Source: Candidatus Fervidifonticultor secundus (GTDB lineage: Bacteria; Sysuimicrobiota; Sysuimicrobiia; Sysuimicrobiales; Humicultoraceae). Taken from it: DNA of 64,000 nt. The notes under the pieces were generated by a model. That model saw only the letters and a program-made list of their open reading frames with translations, had not been told where the DNA came from and did no database searches. Of the stretch, positions 57,200 to 64,000 are shown piece by piece. Position 1 is the stretch's first letter, and each line of letters begins with the position of its first letter. The position numbers and the translations under genes are program-made. The DNA lies in NCBI GenBank assembly GCA_031459385.1, contig JAVKIP010000008.1, positions 89,064-153,063 of the forward strand, in the 5' to 3' direction.

Positions 57200-58659
57200 G
57201 GTTCGAGCGCGGGTCGCTGCGATTGGACCTCCCGCGGTCGGCGCGCGTGCCGCCGTACCTCGTCTGGGACGGCCGCGTCGGCGCCTGGCGGACCGAGGCG
57301 CGGTACTACGGAAGGATCCGTGAGGACGCCGCCTCCTACCACCTGCGCGTCGCGGACGAAGCCGCGCAGTTCATGGACCTCCCGCCCCTGCATCCGGCGC
57401 TGCCGCCCCTGCGGGCGGATCAACAGCACGCCGTCGAGGCCTGGGAGCGCGCGGGCGGGCGCGGGGTGGTCGTGAAGCCCACCGGCACCGGGAAGACCGA
57501 GATCGCGCTGGCGATTGTGGCGCGCCATCGCGCCTCGGCGCTGATCGTGGTCCCGCTGCGCGACCTGATGTACCAGTGGCAGCGCCGCATCCGCCAGGGA
57601 CTCGGCGTGGACGCCGGGCTGCTGGGCGACGGCCACCGGGAGATCCTGCCGGTCACGGTGACCACGTACGACAGCGCGTACATCCACATGAAGGAGGTCG
57701 GCAACCGCTTCCGCCTGGTCGTCTACGACGAGGCGCACCACCTGCCCGCGCCCGCGCTGCGAGAGAGCGCGCTGGACTGCCTGGCGCCGCTGCGGCTGGG
57801 CCTGACGGCCACGCCGTGGCGGGCCGACGGCGCGGAGGGGCTGCTGGGCGATCTCATCGGTCCGGTGGTGTACGCGGAACAGATCCCCCAGGCGCGCGGG
57901 CGCACCCTCGCCGCCTACACCGTGATCCGCGTGCCAATCTACCTCACCGACACCGAGCAGGCGGAGTTCGACACCCTCTCGCGTCGCATCCGCCGGTACG
58001 TCGCGGGCTGGCGGCGGGAGCAGGCGGCCCGGCCGGATCGCCCGGGGGCAGGCGGCGCCGGCGCGGCCGACGGGCGGCCCGGTGGGTCGCGCGGCTTCGA
58101 CTGGACGCACGACCTGGCCGTGCGCGCCCGCACCGACCCCGAGGCGCGCGCGATCCTGCGCGCCTACCGGCGCAAGCTGGCCCTGGTGCACCGGTCGGCC
58201 GAGAAGCTGCGCGTGGTGGAGGACATCCTGCGGCTGCACGCCGAAGATCAGGTGGTCATCTTCACCGCGTCCACGCGCATGGCGCTGGAGGTCTCGGCCC
58301 GCTTCCTCGTTCCGGCGCTCACGTCGTCCTCGCCCAGGGAGGAGCGCTATCGCGTCCTCGACCTGTTCGCGCGGGGAACACTGCGGGCGCTGGTCGCCTG
58401 TGAGGTGCTCAACGAGGGCTGGGACGCGCCGGCCGTGAAGGTGGGCGTGGTCCTCGGCGGCGAGAAGGGGACGCGGGAAGCCGTCCAGCGGATCGGCCGG
58501 CTGCTGCGGAAGACCGGCGACCGCATGGCCAGGCTGTACGAGGTCGTCGTGCAGGAGTCGCCCGACGTCCGTCGCGCCCGCCGGAGGAGCCGTACCGATG
58601 CTTACCAGGCAGCAACGCGTCTATCGCTGGATCAGGCCCGGCAGCTCGATCTCTTCTGA
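57178..58659 (+). CDS. XPB/Rad25-like SF2 helicase
   Basis: WDGRVGAWR, PTGTGKT, DEAHH, LTAT, LNEGWD, QRIGRLLR; ends QLDLF. Confidence 0.9.
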   Translation: MTPPARLRFERGSLRLDLPRSARVPPYLVWDGRVGAWRTEARYYGRIREDAASYHLRVADEAAQFMDLPPLHPALPPLRADQQHAVEAWERAGGRGVVVKPTGTGKTEIALAIVARHRASALIVVPLRDLMYQWQRRIRQGLGVDAGLLGDGHREILPVTVTTYDSAYIHMKEVGNRFRLVVYDEAHHLPAPALRESALDCLAPLRLGLTATPWRADGAEGLLGDLIGPVVYAEQIPQARGRTLAAYTVIRVPIYLTDTEQAEFDTLSRRIRRYVAGWRREQAARPDRPGAGGAGAADGRPGGSRGFDWTHDLAVRARTDPEARAILRAYRRKLALVHRSAEKLRVVEDILRLHAEDQVVIFTASTRMALEVSARFLVPALTSSSPREERYRVLDLFARGTLRALVACEVLNEGWDAPAVKVGVVLGGEKGTREAVQRIGRLLRKTGDRMARLYEVVVQESPDVRRARRRSRTDAYQAATRLSLDQARQLDLF

Positions 58660-59833
58660 CCGCCTCGAGGACGCTTGCCTGCCGCACCTGGCCCGGGCCA
58701 TCGCCGTCTACCGTCGCATGGTGGGCCGGTCGCGGGCGCAGGTGCGGGAGGCCGCACGCGCGGCGCTGGCCGCGCTGCGGCCCGACCGGGTGGAGGCCCT
58801 CGTCAAGCTGCTGGAGGACGCGGCCACCTACCAGTGGCCGCCGGCGCCCAAGCAGGCAGCACGTCGGCTGGCGCTCTTCGAGGCCGCCGCCCGCGAGCAC
58901 CCCGTGCTGGACCCCCGGCGGGCGAGTGGGCTGCTCCGCCAGATGTGGGACCTCGCCGGGGATCGGACCGCCGACCCGGGCCGGCATGCGGGCCCTCAGG
59001 GCGCCACCGTGCCGGTCCTCTACGCTGACTACCCCGAGTTCCACCGCCTGTGCGCCTTCCCGGCCGGCTACACCGCCGGGGCGCTGCGCGACGACTACGA
59101 CCTGGCTCAGGCGCAGGCCCTGTTGTACGACGCGGTGCAGGTCACGGTGGACGCAACCGGTGACCTCGGCCACGTGGTGCGCTACGCGCGCCTGGCACGG
59201 TTGATGTACCGGATCGAACGTCGGCCCGGCGGCTACCGGCTGGTGCTCGACGGCCCCGCCTCGGTGCTCCGCCACACGCACGCCTACGGCGTGGACTTCG
59301 CCAGGTTCCTGGCGGCACTGGTGGCCGCGCGGGGCTGGACGATGTCTGCCCAGATCACCCTCCGCAAGGGCTGGCGCCCGGTCACCTTCACCCTCTCCGA
59401 CGCCGACGGGCTGCGGTCCCGGGTGGCAGCCCCTGCGCTCTTCGACTCGCGCCTGGAGGAGGCGTTCGCGCGAAAGTTCGGACCCGCACGCGACGGCTGG
59501 CATCTCGTGCGCGAGGGGATGATCCTGGAGGCGGGCGAGGCCCTGGTCGTCCCGGACTTCCTGTTCCGGCACGATGACGGCACCGAGGTCGCGCTGGAGA
59601 TCGTGGGTTACTGGACGCCCGAGTACCTGGAGGCGAAGTTCCGCAAGCTGGCGCAGGTGCGCGGGGTGAACCTGGTGGTGGCCGTGCGCCCCTCACTCGC
59701 CGCGCGCGCCGGGAGCCTTCCCGCCACGGTGCTGCCCTTCCGCAGCGGGATCCTGCTGAAGGCGTTGATGCCGCGCCTGGAGGCGTTCAGGGCGGGCGGC
59801 TCACGCCGGCTGCGTGCCGCACCGTCGCCCTGA
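58598..59833 (+). CDS. DUF790 (Bax1-like) PD-(D/E)xK nuclease
   Basis: YDLAQAQALLY, LDGP.S...T..YG, FDSRLE..FA, PDF, EIVGYWTPEYL..K. Confidence 0.88.
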   Translation: MLTRQQRVYRWIRPGSSISSDRLEDACLPHLARAIAVYRRMVGRSRAQVREAARAALAALRPDRVEALVKLLEDAATYQWPPAPKQAARRLALFEAAAREHPVLDPRRASGLLRQMWDLAGDRTADPGRHAGPQGATVPVLYADYPEFHRLCAFPAGYTAGALRDDYDLAQAQALLYDAVQVTVDATGDLGHVVRYARLARLMYRIERRPGGYRLVLDGPASVLRHTHAYGVDFARFLAALVAARGWTMSAQITLRKGWRPVTFTLSDADGLRSRVAAPALFDSRLEEAFARKFGPARDGWHLVREGMILEAGEALVVPDFLFRHDDGTEVALEIVGYWTPEYLEAKFRKLAQVRGVNLVVAVRPSLAARAGSLPATVLPFRSGILLKALMPRLEAFRAGGSRRLRAAPSP

Positions 59834-59902
59834 CGTGCCCGCAAGGGGGGCGCGCGCCCGCGCGTGGAAAGCTGACCGGGCGGCGGGTGACGCCTGCGGC
59901 CG

Positions 59903-60970
59903 TCACGCCATCTGGGCCAGCGCCGCCGCGATGCGCGCCGCCGCGCCGGGCGGGCCCATGACCTCGCGCCCTGCGGCGCCGCGGCGCAGGCGCTCGACCG
60001 GGTCGCGCAGCAGCCGCACTGCGGCCGCAGCCGCCTCCTGCCAGTCGCGCGTGACCACCAGCGCGTCCCCCAGCAGCCGGGCCTGAGCCCCCAGAAACGG
60101 CGGCGAGAACTGCGGGCCGCGGCTGGGGAAGGCCACCACCGGCCGGCCCAGCCCTGCCGCCTGCTCGTGCGCGGTGCCGGCGAAACCCATCACCAGGGCG
60201 GCCCGCTCCACGGCGTCGGCGAAGGCGGTCGTGACGTGGATCGTCGGTGCATCACCCAGCCGCGCGCGGACGGCCGCTTCCGGCACGGTCGGGGCCAGCA
60301 CGAGCAGGAACCGGACCTCGGGTACCGCGGTCGCGATCGCCCCTGCGGCCCGGGCCAGCACCGCAGCGTTGTCGGGCGCATCGTGGCGGCTGCCCGGCAG
60401 CAGGGCGACCACCGGCACATCCGGCGGCACCGGAAAGACGACCCCGGAGGCGCGCACGAGGTCCATCATCACGTTGCCCAGGCACTCGGCCGGCAGCCCG
60501 TGTCGCTGGAGGGCCGCTGCGGTCTCGCGGTCGCGGGCGAAGATGCGGCGCGCGAACCGCCGCAGCCCCACCATGGCCAGGGGCCCGAAGGGCGTGATGC
60601 GCACCGAGTCCGCGGTGGAAACGAATGCCACGTGCGGCGACGCGGTGCTGGCCATCCACAGGCAGTAGGTGTCGCCGACGGCGACCACCAGGTCGTGCCG
60701 GTCGCGCCGGCGGGCCAGCGCCGCGCGCTGGGCGAACCACAGCCGGATCACTCCGGCACGCAGGTCCGCGCCGAGCCCCCGCAGCCCTGCCCGAAACGCG
60801 AAGCCGGCGCTGGGCAGGACCCGGCGCGGGTCGAGCAGGCGCACCTCAGGGGGATACGCGCCCATGCCCACCAGCGGGTAGGCGACGACGTCGGCCGGCG
60901 GCAGGTGCCGGATGATCTCGGCGGCGATCAGGTCCTCGGCGTACCCGTTGCTGACGAACAGCAGCGTCAT
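59903..60970 (-). CDS. Lipid-A-disaccharide-synthase-related GT-B protein
   Basis: LFVSNGYAED, PLVG.G, GNVMMD, LLPGSR, AGTA.EQAAGLGRPV, GPQF. Confidence 0.8.
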   Translation of the reverse strand: MTLLFVSNGYAEDLIAAEIIRHLPPADVVAYPLVGMGAYPPEVRLLDPRRVLPSAGFAFRAGLRGLGADLRAGVIRLWFAQRAALARRRDRHDLVVAVGDTYCLWMASTASPHVAFVSTADSVRITPFGPLAMVGLRRFARRIFARDRETAAALQRHGLPAECLGNVMMDLVRASGVVFPVPPDVPVVALLPGSRHDAPDNAAVLARAAGAIATAVPEVRFLLVLAPTVPEAAVRARLGDAPTIHVTTAFADAVERAALVMGFAGTAHEQAAGLGRPVVAFPSRGPQFSPPFLGAQARLLGDALVVTRDWQEAAAAAVRLLRDPVERLRRGAAGREVMGPPGAAARIAAALAQMA

Positions 60971-61048
60971 CGCCTGGCCTCGCGCCTGGCCTCGCACCGC
61001 GCCGGCAGCACCCCGCCGCGCGGCCGCGCGGGAGCCGGCCCGGCGCGG

Positions 61049-61975
61049 TCACCGCCGCGCCTCGAACACGCCCTCATAGTACCCCCGCCACAACAGGTGG
61101 TTGTAGCACTCGTTGAGGATCGCCAGCCGCTCGCCCCGCTCGGCCCAGGGGCGCACGCGCGCCACCAGCGCCGCCACCGGGCGCGTGCGGAACACCAGCC
61201 ATTTCAGCGGCAGCAGCACCGGGTGGAGCTCGAGGTGGAGCGCCAGCCAGGCAGGACAGCCGTGCTTGCGCCAGAGGTGGACCGCGGCCCGGCCGTTCTG
61301 GCGCTGGCGGGCCGCGGCCGCCTCGATGGTGAGCGGGTGCGAGTGTGTCCCGACCAGACCGGGATCGTAGACGATGCGGCCGCCGGCATGGCAAAAGCGC
61401 AGCGCGTAGTCCACATCCTCGAACCCGTAGCCTGCGAAGCTCTCGTCGAACCCGCCGACCGCCGCGTGGCCGGCGCGCGTGATCGACAGGTGGCGCCCGA
61501 TGACGTGCAGGGGCGAGAAGTTCCTGGCACGCCGGCGGGTGAGGTCGGGCATGCGATGACTGACGCGGCCAAACGGCGTGGCCAGCGTCGCCGCGTCGGG
61601 CACGGTGCGGCCCTGCACCGCCAGCAGCGCCCGGCCGTCCGCATGGTGGGTCAGGTGCCGGCCGACCACGTCCGGGGCGGCGAGCACGTCGGCGTCCAGG
61701 AAGAGGAACACCTCGCCGCGCGCGGCCGCCGCGCCGGCGTTGCGCGCGGCGGCCAGGCCGCGGTTGGGCTGGACCACGAGCCGCACGCAGGCCCTCCCGC
61801 GGTGCGCGGCCACAACCGCCGCGCTGCCGTCGGTCGAGCCGTCGTCTACGACGACCACTTCAAAGCGCTCGGCCGGGACGTCCTGGGCGTCGAGCGCGGC
61901 CAGGGCGCGGGCCAGCGTCGCGCGCGCGTTGTGGCAGGGGACGATCACCGACAGGCGCGGCGGCGGGCCGTCCAC
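61049..61975 (-). CDS. Glycosyltransferase family 2
   Basis: SVIVP..N, VDDGSTD, AARN, FLDAD, GFDE.F.GYG.ED. Confidence 0.9.
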   Translation of the reverse strand: MDGPPPRLSVIVPCHNARATLARALAALDAQDVPAERFEVVVVDDGSTDGSAAVVAAHRGRACVRLVVQPNRGLAAARNAGAAAARGEVFLFLDADVLAAPDVVGRHLTHHADGRALLAVQGRTVPDAATLATPFGRVSHRMPDLTRRRARNFSPLHVIGRHLSITRAGHAAVGGFDESFAGYGFEDVDYALRFCHAGGRIVYDPGLVGTHSHPLTIEAAAARQRQNGRAAVHLWRKHGCPAWLALHLELHPVLLPLKWLVFRTRPVAALVARVRPWAERGERLAILNECYNHLLWRGYYEGVFEARR

Positions 61976-61976
61976 C

Positions 61977-62900
61977 TCACCGGCCCTCGCGCGCGGCCTC
62001 CAGCCGCCGGTAGCGGTCGAGGGCGCGCAGGTAGTGCCGGTTGAGCGCCCCGCGGGAGACCAGGAACGCCAGCGTCGCCAGACCCCTGCCCCGCAGCCAG
62101 CGCGCCAGGCGCAGGGCGGCCGGCGCGGGCAGCAGGCCGCCGGCTGCCATCAGGAAGTGCACCGCGCGCTGCACCGGCGTATCCTGGACCAGCAGCCGCG
62201 TCCGCCAGCCTGGGTGCTTGTGCAGCAGGTAGACCGCGGTGCGAGCTCGTTCCTCCTCGCGCGCCAGGGCGGCGGCCAGCGTCTGCGGGGTCGGCGGCGG
62301 CTGCACGTGAAACGCCACGGCAGCCGGCGAGAACACCCTGGGCAGCCCCAGTGCCCGCAGGCGCAATCCCAGGTCGAAGTCCTCCCACCCGTAGACTCGA
62401 AACCCCTCGTCGAAGAGCCCGGCGTCGAACACCGCCTGACGGGGGACCGAGGCGTTGGCCGTGTCCAGGAACGCCGGCGACGGGCGCACCAGCGGCAGCC
62501 GCGGCGGCACCTCGGGCCGTGGCACGAAGACCACGGGCCCGCGGCCCACGACGGGACGCGCGGCGGTCCGGTGCAGGGCCAGGTGGCGCTCGAGGAAGTC
62601 TGGACGCACGAGCACATCGCTGTCGATGAACACCACCAGCGGCGCGCGCGCTGCCCGCAGCGCCGCGTTGCGGGCGGCCGCCCGGCCCCGATTGGCCTCC
62701 AGGCGGACGACGCGCAGGGGCAGGCGCGCAGCGGCAGCCGCCAGCACCGCCGGGGTGTCGTCCATCGAGCCGTCGTCGGCCACCACCACCTCGAACGCAT
62801 CGCGTGGCAGCGTCTGGGCCGCGAGGCAGTCGAGCGCCGCGGCCAGGAGCGGCGCGTGGTTGTAGGTGGGGATGATCACGCTGACCAGGGGCTGGCTCAC
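61977..62900 (-). CDS. Glycosyltransferase family 2
   Basis: VSVIIPTYN, DDGS, AARN, FIDSD, FDE.F..YGWED. Confidence 0.9.
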   Translation of the reverse strand: MSQPLVSVIIPTYNHAPLLAAALDCLAAQTLPRDAFEVVVADDGSMDDTPAVLAAAAARLPLRVVRLEANRGRAAARNAALRAARAPLVVFIDSDVLVRPDFLERHLALHRTAARPVVGRGPVVFVPRPEVPPRLPLVRPSPAFLDTANASVPRQAVFDAGLFDEGFRVYGWEDFDLGLRLRALGLPRVFSPAAVAFHVQPPPTPQTLAAALAREEERARTAVYLLHKHPGWRTRLLVQDTPVQRAVHFLMAAGGLLPAPAALRLARWLRGRGLATLAFLVSRGALNRHYLRALDRYRRLEAAREGR

Positions 62901-63832
62901 GCCCGCTTCCACGCGGCGAAGACGCCCTCGTAGTAGGCCCGCCACAGCAGGTGGTTGTAGACCTCCCCGGCCACCGCCAGCAGGCCCAGCCGTTCCGCCA
63001 GACGCAGCACCGGCATCAGGGGGACGGTCACCACGCCGCTGCGGTAGACGAGCCACTTGACCGGCAGGAGCCCGGGCAGGATCTCCAGGAACAGCCCCAG
63101 CCGCCAGGGGCGACCGTGCTTGCGCCAGAAGTAGACGGCGCCCTCCCCGGCCTGGCGCATCTTCTCCCGCAGGTCGTCCAGCGTCTGCACGTGGTGGTGG
63201 TGGGCCAGCGCGGCCGGCTCGTAGCGCAGCACCACGCCGTCGCGCGTGAGCCGGTACGCCAGCTCGATGTCCTCCCAGCCGTAGCCGCGGAAACCCTCGT
63301 CGAACCCGCCGGCCCGGTGGAACGCCGCGGCGTCCACCGAGAAGTTGCGGGTGATGACGTGGTAGGGGGAGAGGCCTTCGCGGCGGCGTCGCGTGATGTC
63401 CAGTGCCACGCGATGGGTGGCGCGCATGAAGAAGGTGACCAGGCTGTCAGGATGCGTGACCAGACGGCCCTGCACGCCCAGCCCCGGGCGCCCGCTGTGG
63501 TGCGCCAGGTGCGCGGCCACCAGCCCGGGCGCAGCCCAGATGTCGGCATCGAGGAAGAGGAGCACGCTGCCGCGGGCGTCGCGGGCCCCGCGGTTGCGCG
63601 CGGCCGCGCGGCCCTGCGGCGGCTGGCGCACGATCCGCACGGGCGCCGGGCCGCCCAGCCCTTCGAGGGCGTCGCACGACCCGTCCGTCGAGCCGTCGTC
63701 GACGATGACGACCTCGAACGCCCCGGGTGCGACATCCTGCGCCTGCAGCGCCAGCACCGCCCGGCGCAGGGTGGCCCCGGCGTTGCGGGCGGGGATGACG
63801 ACCGACACCCGGGGCGTCCCCGTCCCCTGCAT
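62897..63832 (-). CDS. Glycosyltransferase family 2
   Basis: VSVVIP..N, VDDGSTD, FLDAD, GFDEGFRGYGWED. Confidence 0.9.
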   Translation of the reverse strand: MQGTGTPRVSVVIPARNAGATLRRAVLALQAQDVAPGAFEVVIVDDGSTDGSCDALEGLGGPAPVRIVRQPPQGRAAARNRGARDARGSVLLFLDADIWAAPGLVAAHLAHHSGRPGLGVQGRLVTHPDSLVTFFMRATHRVALDITRRRREGLSPYHVITRNFSVDAAAFHRAGGFDEGFRGYGWEDIELAYRLTRDGVVLRYEPAALAHHHHVQTLDDLREKMRQAGEGAVYFWRKHGRPWRLGLFLEILPGLLPVKWLVYRSGVVTVPLMPVLRLAERLGLLAVAGEVYNHLLWRAYYEGVFAAWKRA

Positions 63833-63834
63833 CG

Positions 63835-63999
63835 CTAGAATCGGGGTGCTGCGGTGCGCTCCGCGGCCGGAACGTCCAGCATCTGCAGGCGGATCAACCG
63901 GGCGTACGTGCCGTCTCTTGTCATCAGCTCGTCGTGCCGGCCCTCCTCGACCACCGTCCCCTGGTCCAGCACCACGATCCGGTCGGCGTTGCGGACCGT
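63835..63999 (-). CDS. ABC exporter ATP-binding protein (MsbA-like), C-terminal end; truncated by the window edge
   Basis: Read manually: [35 protein letters not shown]...*. Confidence 0.8.
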   Translation of the reverse strand, partial: TVRNADRIVVLDQGTVVEEGRHDELMTRDGTYARLIRLQMLDVPAAERTAAPRF

Positions 64000-64000
64000 C

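Overview
Very GC-rich (visually about 70-75%) bacterial chromosomal window with about 63 closely packed genes, mostly housekeeping. I saw no rRNA, tRNA, CRISPR array or mobile element. The gene content (SufU-type SUF, YumC-type FNR, YitJ, an LptA-like and a lipid-A-disaccharide-synthase-related protein) suggests a diderm Terrabacteria lineage such as Armatimonadota/CSP1-3; this is an inference only. In order: amidase end; ctaA-ctaB fusion; aa3-type oxidase operon (II, I, III, III, IV); degenerate MNT-HEPN fusion; PDH E1a/E1b/E2; adenosine-deaminase-like gene; sufCBD-Rieske-sufSU; fused DppB-DppC permease; split transketolase; qor; Rieske-nuoB-nuoD-nuoI-nuoC without membrane subunits; membrane sulfite-oxidase-family enzyme; lpdA-bkdABC-lipA; FNR; moeZ; two Zn dehydrogenases plus a cupin; iscA-nfu; rtcB; acyl-CoA dehydrogenase; yitJ; SRPBCC protein; mrp; ALDH; LptA-like; class I aldolase; aroE; moaD-moaE fusion; M48 peptidase; PHP hydrolase; Moco-sulfurase-like enzyme; XPB-Bax1 pair; envelope glycosyltransferases. 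The best candidate for an undescribed system is the coupled MDR(NADPH-type)-MDR(NAD-type)-cupin trio at 37753-40339. Its cupin resembles the MTXu-5P methylsulfurylase of the MTA-isoprenoid shunt, and the two dehydrogenases could replace the RubisCO-like isomerase. Other highlights are a recurrent SigH-like AGG(A/C)-N18-(G/T)AA(G/T) motif, a possible translational switch between sufB and sufD, a clamp-binding QLDLF tail on the XPB-like helicase, and a Q-module-only nuo operon.
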